Part shown: one piece after another, positions 24,500 to 35,709 of the stretch
Layout of the letters: every line of letters starts with the position of its first letter
Numbering within the stretch: the stretch's first letter is position 1
Origin: Hydrolagus affinis
Taxonomy: Eukaryota
Direction: 5' to 3'
Length of the DNA: 64,000 nt
Assembly: GCA_012026655.1 (NCBI GenBank)
Contig: JAAILG010001325.1
Location: forward strand, 1 to 64,000
Position numbers and translations under genes: made by a program
Notes under the pieces: generated by a model
The model's database searches: none
What the model was told of the DNA's origin: nothing
Seen by the model: only the letters and a program-made list of their open reading frames with translations

Positions 24500-25159
24500 A
24501 GATTTCTATGCAAAGGAACCAAAATCTACTATTTCAATAACTATGTGACCCATTCATGCTCCTTTCTCTTCTGACTCTCTCCGTCTCTCTCTCTCTCTCG
24601 CCCTCTCCACACACACAAACACACAAACACATATTAAACCAAGCTGCTGAATTCAGTTTGCAGTTTACCGATTCCACATGAATATGGAACCGCAAAAGGC
24701 AGGCAAAGCTCACTTTAAATTCCTGTCCTGACTTCTAGTTTGTCTGTCATATGTAACGCGATCTAATTGATGCAAGGAAAGGAACCCAAGTGAGGTCAGA
24801 GGGTTAGGCTGAAATAGTTTCGGGAAAAGGAACAGTAAGCGACAAGGACTCAATTAATAATGATTATTCAACTATAAAATTTATAGTCCATTACTCTGTA
24901 AATGATTGAAGCAAAACGCTTGAATAATTACTAAGTAATCGTTGCACATCACATTTACGGAAAGAAAAGGTTTCCAAAGGGTTCGAGAAGTCATTTCAGA
25001 AATGACCACCTAGAGCAAAGTCATTCAGGGCTACAATAAAGTTGCTCTGATAACAGTTGTTAAAAGGTAACCGTGTTTGAAGTGAATAATTCTTGTGTGA
25101 ATAATACAAAGTTCTTTTATTTACCCTAAAGGTCATGCTGCTTTTAAGCCAAAGGTGCT

Positions 25160-25400
25160 GAGTAATAATTCCGTCCCAAAAAAATAATAATAATAAAATT
25201 GGTCACTCAATCCACGACTGTTTGTGGGACAACTGTTGAGCGCGTTTGGCTTTCTCACCCGACATATCTTATTCGTCCTTGAAATGCACAGTCAATTCAC
25301 TTGACATTATATTCTGTAAAGCAAACTGAGAACATCTCGCAGACGTGTTAAGGCGCTATATCAAATGCAAGGGAATTATAATAATTCTTCTTATCATTAT
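25160..25400 (+). mobile_element. SINE 3' part
   Basis: ggtcactcaatccacgactgtttgtgggac ... aggcgctatatcaaatgcaagg. Confidence 0.8.
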
Positions 25401-25859
25401 GATTAGATAATAACAACTTGGATTTATGTAGATATAAATAACTATATTTATAGTTAAATAACTATATTTGGCAGAGCACGACACTGAACCGAGCGGAGAG
25501 TAGGCACTGTCAAAGAGGAAAGTCTTCAGGCGTGATCTGAAGATGGGGAAGGGGGGGATGAGGTGGAGGGGTAGAGGAGGAGAATTCTAGAGTATCGGGG
25601 CCGCAGCCGCCGATGGTGGAACGGAGGGCACAAGGGACAAGCAGGATGTCAGAGACAGACAAGAAGATAGCCTCACTATAAACCTCCAGGACAGATATTT
25701 CAGTAACATTCTCCATGTCACTTTAGTGGAGGGGTGTGTCAAATCCATTGGCTGCCTCGTCAGAGCCCGTAGAGCATTCTACCTGAATAGACAACTGTTA
25801 AAAGGATCTAGTTGATGGCAACACAGGTTAATGTATCCGAGTGCCTAACCTTTAATAAA

Positions 25860-26055
25860 TAAACTTTAATAAAATTGGTCATCTCAATCCACGACTGTTT
25901 GTTGGACACTGCTGTGCGCCATTGGCTGCCGCGTTATGCCCACAAAACATACATTCACTACACTTTACAGTATATTCTGTGAAGCGCTTTGAGGCGTCTA
26001 GAAGACGTGAAAAGCGCTGTATCAAATGCAGGGATTATTTTATATTATTATATTA
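25860..26055 (+). mobile_element. SINE 3' part
   Basis: Family body and tail. Confidence 0.85.
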
Positions 26056-27185
26056 TGACTAATTTCTCTCTCTCTGTTCGCCTTCTTTGACTAACTTCCC
26101 GTTAAGCGCATCCCAACATATGATTGCACTTGTTACGAATCACATGAAACAGGTAAACTTTCAGACAAAGCCCTGCCATTAATCTGGAAGGATGAAATTG
26201 TCATGCAGGTTGAAACAGTGACTGATACAGTTGCCGGATGAGCTCAAACTTGAAGCGCAGTCCCCCTGAAAGGTTCTTGAGTCAACGTCCTGATGTAGAA
26301 AGGACGAGAAATGAATTAAGTAGTAATTTGTCCTCACGAGTGAGTCACAATAATGCAAAACTGTGTAACATGTAAAGGGGATTTATTGCTGATAAAATAC
26401 TCCCTCTAGCACATACCTATTCTGCCACATGATTCAACGTGAAGACAAATGTTATGCTTTCATCTAAGTCAAGAAGAAATACAAATTGAGGTGACCTGAG
26501 TTCCCCATTAATTTCAGCAGTAACGTTAGTCTCATGTGTATTTGTGCAAATGATGTAGTGAAGGGAAACTCTCCCTCTTCCCCTCTCTCTCTCTCTCTCT
26601 CTCAAAGTGCTTTCAACTGAGGAGCCTGGAAGCTGTGTTATATTTTAGAATATGTAATGAACTGACCTTTTGCACTGTCATTGATTTCAAGGGAAGAGCC
26701 AGATGGGTGTGGAACTCTGCAAAGCCACTTAACAGATCCCTTACATCGCAAATGTTTCCAATCGCGGCCCTTTTCCAGTGCATTATTCTCCACAGTATCT
26801 AACGAGCAAATCTCTTGTACTTGCCCTGATCAGAAGGGAAAGGCGGCCTCGTATGAAATCACATTAAATTCGGATCAAGTGACCCTTGCACTGGCCTGTG
26901 TAATTTTAATGGGGAAGCCAGTCTGCTGTGTAATGTAAAATACATGAACTCAGCTCATCTCTTGTCTTCCTGTTGTACGTGCTGAGAGAGGCAGCCTAGT
27001 GGGTAATACCATAAAATGGGGCCTGAGTAAAGGCTCATACAATCCTTCCATATCCCACATGGTTTTCTATTCAAATCCCAGCGACTGGATCGAAAAGGAC
27101 GTCCAGTGGACTGTGGAGCTGTGAAATGTCTGCCGTGGAATCACATTTGTTCCTCACTCTCCATTCAAGTTGGATATCGCTTCGA

Positions 27186-27395
27186 TAATAATAATAATCC
27201 TTGCGTTTGATCTAGCGCCTTATCACGCCATTGAAACGTCTCAAAGCGCTTCACAGAATATACTGTAGAGTGAATCAACTGTGTTCTGTGTGGGTGAAAG
27301 GCGGCAGCCAATTGCGCACAGCAGTGCTCCCACAAACAGTGGTAGATTGAGTGAATCGACTTTTTTTTATTATTATTAGAGCATTATGATTGGCT
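27186..27395 (-). mobile_element. SINE 3' part
   Basis: Reverse complement of the family body and tail. Confidence 0.85.
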
Positions 27396-28036
27396 GGTCA
27401 TTTTAATATTCGGATGTGAGAGAAGGGCTCAAAATACATAGTCAATTCACAGTATATTTTATATTCACAGTATACTTTACAGTATATTTACACACCTCAA
27501 CGATGTGATAATGTGCAAAGAATATTATTATGGTTGTTATTATTATGATTGTTATTCTTATAAGACCTGAAACCCAGAGACTGGTATAGACGCACATCAC
27601 CCCCACCCACCCATCCACCCAAAAAAATCTGGCATCCGAACCAAAGCCAACAGCAGCAGGGGCTTAACAGGATAAAGCATTCATTCTTTCTTCAAAAAAT
27701 GTTTTTATTTTAAAAGGCTCTCAGTTCTCACTGTGTAAATGTTGAAAGGTCACCTCCTTTAAAGCAGCTTTTACTGCACACCTAATCACTTGGAGAGAAA
27801 AGAAATTGATCCAAAGCCACTGAACGAGATATTTTTAACTTCAACCGGTGGAATATCTCCCAACCTAAGATTTTATCTCGGCCCCCAGTGCTTTGTGCTT
27901 TAAATGTGGCTACAAATCGTGTCTGTTCTTGTGCACATTTGCCCGCTGGAACTCACTGCTTCAATCCTATCCCCTCCGCGCTCTCCCCATAACCTTTAAT
28001 GTATTTTTCCTCGAGTATTTATGCATTTATTTATGT

Positions 28037-28330
28037 GGGGGTTCCCAGAGCGTATTGGTTAGCGCGCTCGCCTCGCAATCAAGAGAACCAGGGTTCAATT
28101 CCCGGGTGAGGTGAAACCTTAGGCAAGTTTCCTTACTCTATGTGCCTCTCCTAGCAGTAAGAAGGAACCCAGTTGTCAGTCGATTGGCTGATCGCTTTCT
28201 GGGGATAATAATCCCTCCAAAGAATACAGTCACTTAATCCACGGCTGTTTGAGGGACACTGCTGTGCGCAATTGGCTGTCTCAACGACATGTTAAGATCT
28301 ACATCAAATGCGCGGATTATTCTTATTATC
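28037..28330 (+). mobile_element. SINE, long subfamily
   Basis: tRNA-like head, then ccttaggcaagtttccttactctatgtgcctctcctagcagtaagaaggaacccagttgtcagtcgattgg...ggggataataatccctc. Confidence 0.82.
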
Positions 28331-29734
28331 GTATGCAATTCCATTATAATTCCTGTGTCAGCTCCTTAAATCTCTCCTCCTAGACGTTACCCTGTGTGAA
28401 AGGCATTGCATAAATGAATGTTAGTGGCTGTGGCCTCTGCAGTCACACGCAATAAATCATCTGTTATACCAACAAACCCCCAGTGGGTACAAACAGTCCA
28501 AACTTTCCCTCCTTTTCTCCCCGGCTGCTCATAATCCTCAATTTATTGCCTCCCGCTCCCAACTCAGCACTCGGCGGGAATAGTGGCTCTCCGTTTGCCC
28601 TATTGAAACTCATCTTGAACTTCAGCGTGAGGCTGAAGTCAGCGCGCAATCCTCAGAGCAAGGAGAGGAGCGTCCGCGCCAAATGTCCTCTCGGGCCAGC
28701 AAACAGGTTTCGAGATTTCCACCGACCGCACATTCTTTGTCTTTCTCATGTGTTTACACAAGTTTTCGCGAATGTTTACATTCCTCCCCCACCAGCGCTG
28801 AGCTGTAACACAACTGGACGAGTCCCTCCCTGCCAAGTGGTTACCATATGCCCCGGAATACTGAAGCTTCAGGCCGCAGAGCGCACGCAGTCTTTGCATC
28901 TGTCGGGGGCTGGTCATTAATTCAGATGGAGCTCTGTTGATCCTGCATTTTTAAGCAGGCAGACGAGAGAGAGAGGGAGAGAGGGGGAGAAAAGAAAAGA
29001 AAAGAAAAGAATTGTGTTTGACAATGTCTGTGCCAACCCAGTCGACGGAAAAGATAATGGGAAGCCAGACTACTTTGGGAGGGGTGGGCGAATGGTGGGG
29101 AGGGTTGGGGTGGAGGTGGGTGGGGGGAATATGCAATGACTGATGGGTGTTTACATATTGCAAATTTCCACCTGATCTTTTTATTGACTAGGCTGTTGCA
29201 GATTTTCTGAAATTCAATAATTATCACATCACCTACTGCAACTCCCCCCACCCCCCCCACCCCCCACACACACACACACACCAATTACTATTTGAGATAG
29301 GGTTCAGTGATTGAAATGAGAATCATAGAAATTACAGCACAGGACGGAGGCCTTTTGGACATTGGTGTCACGCCTCCTATTCCTCCTTCTTGCTCCAACT
29401 ATGGTTCCATCCAGCCCACGCCCACCGTAATCAAACCCCAGCCTCTCAATGTCAAGGCAAGTCAAATCAAGTCTCCACTGGCCCAAAAGGTGAGGCTGCC
29501 CACAGGCTTCCTGTGTCCTCGTCTCAAGAAAGTAGAATCACCTCCTCCCACCCGCAGTCCGGGGTAGAGTGAGCTTCCTGGATGGACTCAGTCGCCTCCT
29601 TTGTTGGCACAGAACCCCATCGCCCCACCCATACAATCCAAATAGTCAACCCTTTCCTCACTGCCAATTCTTAGATAGCATTCTAGTATCTACTTCCACA
29701 CATGGCGAACACTTTGGCAAGTTTCCTAACTCCA

Positions 29735-30147
29735 CATGCCTTTGCTTACCTGGCCATTCATAGCCTTGCCACCTCCTATCTCTCCAACCTGCTGTCCCCC
29801 AATGAACCTGCTCCGTTCGGCGGGCTCCGGTCTGCTCTATATACCTGCCCGACAAGCCTTACCATCGGTGGACGGGCTTTCAGCCTCTCTGCCACCAGAG
29901 AGGAGCTCCTTTCCACAGTCCCTTTGCCTCGCTTCCTTCCTAGCCTCCTTCAAGGCCGGTCTCAGGACACTCCTCTTCGATCTTGCCTTGTGCTGCCCTC
30001 CCAACTCTCTCCCTCCTAACTCTCTCCCGCCCCTACCCCCACCCAGTCCCTGTCCCTTGCTCGGGTCCCGACTTGACTGTTCAGTGCCTTGGGACGTCCT
30101 CCCGATGTGAAAGGCACCATACAAATGTAATTTTGTGGTTGTTGTTG
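29735..30147 (+). mobile_element. L2 LINE 3' end (ORF2 C-terminus plus 3'UTR)
   Basis: Translates as AYLAIHSLATSYLSNLLSP, TIGGRAFSLSAT and SLCLASFLASFKAGLRTLLF across frameshifts. It ends in the stem-loop tail and (TTG)n. Confidence 0.9.
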
Positions 30148-30169
30148 TCAGTCAATTGGCGATTTTCTT

Positions 30170-30390
30170 TCAGGGGGTAAAACCCTCCCAAAAAAAATCT
30201 ATTTGGTCGCTCAATCTACAACTGTTTGTGGGTCACTGCTGTCTGCGATTGACTCCCATGTTTCACCCACAAAACACACAATCATTTCACTTTACAATGT
30301 AGTCTATGAAGCACTTTGGGACAATTCAATTATGTGATAAGGCGCTATATTAAATGCAAGGATTATTTCTATTTACTATTATTACTATCA
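30170..30390 (+). mobile_element. SINE 3' part
   Basis: Family body and the tail gataaggcgctatattaaatgcaaggattatt. Confidence 0.8.
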
Positions 30391-30933
30391 ATACTCCAAT
30401 ACTATTTCTCTCCTCTTTCTCCGTCGCTTTACAATTTTCTTTGTCATTTTGGATGCATTCTGTACAATTCCCTTTTAAATGGTCTCGGCTTCATCAGCGG
30501 ACTTGGGTTGAAAACATGACATGTCCTAACAACCCTGTGTGTGCAAAATATTTTCTTTCCTGGTGCAAAACTGTTCTTAAGGAGATGTTTCCTATCTATT
30601 TCCTCTCTATCTGCTCTCGTCTAATTTAGGAATTGATGGGTATAGATTTCAAATTGCTCCTAATGGACGTGGTCATAACCTCAGCAATCGGTAGCGTCTC
30701 ATCTTTCAACAGTGATGCATTACCTGGCGTTCCGAGTCATAAATAGCAGTGCAGTCGTGATCTTTTATATTCTTCAATCGTTGGTCACCCTCTCCTACCC
30801 TTACCCTTACCCTCCACCGCCCTCCACCCCTCCTGTATCCCGACCACCAGCTCTCGGGTTTGAATCGCTGACTGTTCCAGCGCCTTGGGACGTCCTCCTG
30901 ACACGACAGACACTGTACAAAGGGTTGTACAGT

Positions 30934-31278
30934 AGCTCCCTGTGGCTCAGTGGTTAGAGCACTTGTCTTGCAAGCTGGGGAGACCAAGCTGGGGAGACCT
31001 GTGTTCGAATCTAGGCAGTTCAGGGCGAAACCTTGGGCAAGTTTCCTTACTCCACACGTCTAATAATAATACGTCCAAAAAAACCACAATAATAAAATTG
31101 GTCATTTCAATCCACGACTGTTTGTGGGGGACACTGCTGTGCGCAATTGGCTGCCGCGATTCGCCCACAAATATACAGTCAATTCACTTTACAGTATATT
31201 CTATGAAGCTCTTTGGGGCATTGATAAGATGTGAAAAGCGCCATATCAAATGCAAGGATTATTATTATATTATTATAA
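30934..31278 (+). mobile_element. Full-length SINE with a 14-bp head duplication
   Basis: Same (caagctggggagac)x2 head as the copy at 24115. It lies directly after an L2 tail at ~30780-30925. Confidence 0.93.
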
Positions 31279-32739
31279 TTACAAATGTAATTTCTGTTGA
31301 AAACACAAAATACTGCCGTGACCGTTCGTCGGTCTTTTGTGTTCGTTGTTGTCGCTTACTTAATATGCCCACCTCAGGCCACAGGCAGATCGCTGGGAAA
31401 GCAGAGAAATAACTTGTTTCTCCCACAAAAAAAACACTCAATCCATTTTATAATATATTCTATGAAGCGCTTTGAAACATCACAATGACATGATAAGGCG
31501 CTATACCAATGTAATTTTGTTGTTTTTATTGTTGTTGTTCTACCCCAAATGGAACCAAGATGTGATCTTATCCACATTTTTATGTAACATTTATAGTAGC
31601 GCGACGTCAGCGGTGAGGACCAGGCAATGGAAGAGGACAGGATCGATTCCCCCTCCTCACCTTTCCCCCTTCTCCCATTGCTCACGTCTAGGCTCATATA
31701 TCGAGAACCCTCAAGAAGGTGATCAGAGAAGTAGGCGCCTGGGAAGGTGAACCTCAGATGTGTGTCGGGAGAAACTTATGAAGAAATGTAAAATAACACA
31801 GCTGTTTTGGAGATCATGGACTTCCTCCATTCGCTTGGATTATACTAAATGATGATGATATATTTCCTCTCAGTGCAAGCTTATGAGAAATGATGACTAG
31901 GTTCACTGCAGAAGCTGAGTTAAACCTTGCGACTCTGTAACTCTAATTGCCGGCTCTGGGCTCCAAGTTAATCAGCGGTAAAGAGAGTCTATCAATATTT
32001 TCCAGTGAGGCACTTAATTCATGCCCGCAATTAACAAGGGGATTTCAGGAACTCATGTTTAAATGTATCACAAGGCTTCCAGTAACTTAACTCCGGCAAA
32101 AGTGGAATATCACTTTCCCTTTCCCTTGTTCTGGAATGTTGCCGATTATTAAATGTCATCTACAATGTCACATACTGTGAACTTGCTCAGTTAATGCGGC
32201 CGGAATTTTACCACTGTTGCCCTCCTCCCAACCTCTCACGTTAGACAGACTCATGAAATGAGTGCTACTTAACATGCAATCGTTGTTTCATCTTGCGTCG
32301 ATAACTGGACTAGAGTCTAGTTTGTATATTGAGATACATCAGGGGGTCAGGGCCTTTTCTGCTGTACCTTTCAGGGGCTGAACGGTGGGAGAACGTAACA
32401 GGACAAATCAGGAAGTCATAAGAATTCTCTCGTTTCAAACAGCCACTATCACGTCGTCAGGACGTCTCAAAAGCACTTGCAAGGAGTTGATGTGACGTGT
32501 ACTGACTGAGTGTTTGTAGACAAATGCAGCAACCAAACTGCACACAACAATGTGCTGCAAACAGCCAGGAAGTTCCAAGAGTGAGTTCCAAGAGTGAGTT
32601 TGCGTTTTCTACAATTCTGTACCACCTTGAGTGTTAAGACAGAATATTCTCACCAGTCGGGTCGAGGTGGAATTTAAGCCTCCCGTTCCTTTTACGACCG
32701 GCCAAAAACTCCTCTACAGCTAACTGATAACGACAACAA

Positions 32740-32900
32740 TAATAATAATAATCCTTGTGTTTGATATCACGCCTTATCACGGTTTTGAGACATCTCAAAG
32801 CGCTTCCGCCGAATATACAGAAAAGTAAATTGTCTGTTTATTTTTATGGGTGAAGTGCAGCAGCCAATTGCGCACAGCAGTGTCCCACGAACAGTCATTA
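32740..32900 (-). mobile_element. SINE 3' part
   Basis: Reverse complement of the tail and the Deu-like segment. Confidence 0.8.
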
Positions 32901-33954
32901 CAGCACATCTAGTGCACATCAACAGGCTACCCAATAGTGTGAAGCCCTCAGCGTGGCTCAGATCCACGAGTCAGGGCAGCAACATCAGTTGTACTTTGAG
33001 GACCATCGTATCAAACACACACTGATCAGACAGCTGTTCATTTCAGGGTAAGACAATCTGAAACTCTCCTTTGCAGTCTGACATTGGCGTTCCTCCTCTT
33101 ACTCTTGTGCTGCTTTGATTCCTGGTGCTTGGAAAGCATCTGATGTGACGATCTCACGCCAAGTTCCTCTCCTCCCACTAACACTTTGAACAGCAGGAGA
33201 GGCTCTGAATTAAGCATTAAGAACAGAGAGCAGGCACTAATCATCTGTCAGGTCCCAGTTCTGACCAGCAAGGTTAACAACAGAGCGAGCTCCCCACCAA
33301 GTACACAAGCTAATTAATCACACATACAATTAGGGGGGATTATGATAAATGAGTTGGAATTTCAATACAATATTAATTCTACTTTATTTCCATTACTGTT
33401 CTCTGTTATTGGGATGCAAGCATGATGTGAGGGACGTGGAAATATGTTGAGATGAATGTAGGATTATGGAGGAGGTCATGTATTTCGTTGAAGGATTGAC
33501 AGGATCGCAAGAGTCAATTTGTCCCTTTTACACATTGAGAGATTAAGAAAGAATAAGATATCAAAACTGAAAGAAGAAAGGCAGTGTTTTATCACTGCTC
33601 CGTCGAGCAAATAGTAATGACCTCTATTTATTGTTAGTAAATTGGTAAGACTGAAGTGATTCTTCTTAATTAAAACTGGACCCCTGACTGCTATCAAAAG
33701 TTATTACCACTCCAGGGTGTACATGTCTAAGATATGAATTCAGTCAAACATGTTTTGACTCAAAATCTATTCATCTGTCAAATGTTCCAGGTTAGCTCAG
33801 AGTTATAGCTCTACATGACATATTTGTCCCACTGATATTTGTGGCAAGTTAACTATGCTACAATTCACGAGGCTAATGGCTGGGTTGAATGTGCTTGGCT
33901 ATGGTGAGTCTTGGTTTGCATTTCCCCAGAGCTGAGATGGATATGCGGGTGATC

Positions 33955-34085
33955 AAGGAACACAAGACTAGGCCACTTAGCCCATTGAGTCTGCTCTGCC
34001 ATGGCTGATCTAACAGAATGGCAGAACCTCAACTCCAATTCCCCATCTTTGCCCCATATCCTCTGAAGAATTGACAAGCTAAGAA
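33955..34085 (-). mobile_element. CR1 3'UTR fragment
   Basis: ggaacacaagactaggccacttagcccattgagtctgctctgccatggctgatct...ccccatatcc, homologous to the other CR1 ends. Confidence 0.65.
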
Positions 34086-35369
34086 GGTGACTCTTCCCCA
34101 TATAAGAGGGATCCAAAACGGGGGGAATTGGAGTCTTACAATTAGAGCCAAATCCGATAGCCATGAATTGAGAAGATATTTCCTCTCCGAAAGCCTTTCT
34201 GTGCAGAATGTATTGCAATGTTTCAAAGGACGATAGATGGATAATTGGGAAGTAAGGGAATTGAGGAAGATGGAGAAAAGGCAGAGACATGGGATTAGAG
34301 TCTTGGGAAGTCCTCCGGATGTGAAAGGCTCTGTACAAATGTAATTTTGTATTGTATTGCATGAGAAAACGCGATCTGATAAAATGGTGGAACTGACTCC
34401 ACTGATTGAACGTCCTTCTGCTCCTATATTTCTTACTGTAAACTAAGTTATCCCTGTGACCAAACACACGCTTGTGCAATTACAGAGCTTGATAAGGTAA
34501 CACAAATTAAAACATGCTAAGTTGCCAAACTTTGGTCAAGTCATCATGTCGGGAGGCTCCCAATAGCTTCCTTCACGTTGGATCAATACCCAGATGACAT
34601 TTCGAGAGCCGTCACAGAGTGTGGCAATTCACGTTACATCTGGCACACGCATCAGTGGCGGCCGGACTCAGCGCTCCTTCTTTATGAGCTTGAATGACCC
34701 ACAACTGACAACTCACGTGTTGCCCAGGTGCGAGCGAGCCACAATAGGTTTCACAATAGGTTGCAAAGGAACAGTCAGATTCTGACTTACGAGGTTCTCT
34801 CGCTGCCCTGGCTTTCCCTTTGTGTGAGACTTTGATCCCATCAGCCCCGACTGTATTTGAATGCTGCTTCCATGGATGAAAGAGCAATGTAGCTGGGTTT
34901 AAATGAACTTGCACTGTGAGGGATATTCTCTGCAGAGGACACCTTGGTGGAAACTATGAGTTACAGCAGTGAATGACAATTGCTTCTAACTCTAGGAGCA
35001 TCTCTCAATGCTTTGTTATCAGGCGTGTGGATACTGGCAGAATCAAACTTGTGAAAGATTAGTTACACTATGTAAATATGAATCTGACAAACCCACTGTA
35101 TTACTAATGTCTGGAGATGAATCGTTATACCGTTCCAGAGTAATAATTGAAACCATGGCAAGTCGCGCTAACACAAATCTTCATCAATTTAGTTTCTGAA
35201 CTGTACTGGGAATACCTGAGCCTGTCTGGCGGAATCCTATTAGATTTACATCAAACCATACATTCGAGGAAAGTTCACTGGATTATAATATGATTTCAGT
35301 TTTACTGTAAGACTCGGTTTGTGCGCGTTTGCCTTGTGCAAAATTGCTGTTCATTTTAAAACAAAGTAA

Positions 35370-35709
35370 ATACTGTAGAGTAGTGGTTAACATGCTCACC
35401 TCAAAAGCGAGGGGATTTGATTCCCAGGCAGGGTATAAGGGCATAAACCTTAGGCAAATTTCCTTACTCCACCTATGTTTACTTAGCAGTAAGTAGAAAC
35501 CCAGTTGTTGATTGATTGGCAGATCAACATAAAATAATTTGTTCACTCAATCCTCGACTGTTTGTGGGACACTGCTGTGCGCAATTGGCTGCTGCGTTTC
35601 ATCCACAGAATTCACAGTCAATTCACTTGACAGTATATTCTTTGAAGCACTTTGAGATGTCTCAATGACATGATAGGACACTGTATCAAGTGCAAGCATT
35701 ATTATTATT
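35370..35709 (+). mobile_element. SINE, long subfamily
   Basis: Degenerate head, atgtttacttagcagtaagtagaaacccagttgttgattgattggcag segment, then body and tail. Confidence 0.82.

Noticed and set aside
24076-24501. Similar ORFs at 24076 and 30942 suggesting a gene family
   Set aside because: The similarity is read-through of SINE copies (…RYIKCKDYYY).
33865-34479. Longest ORF (204 aa, minus strand)
   Set aside because: It runs across an L2 tail and a CR1 3'UTR fragment and has no recognisable domain.
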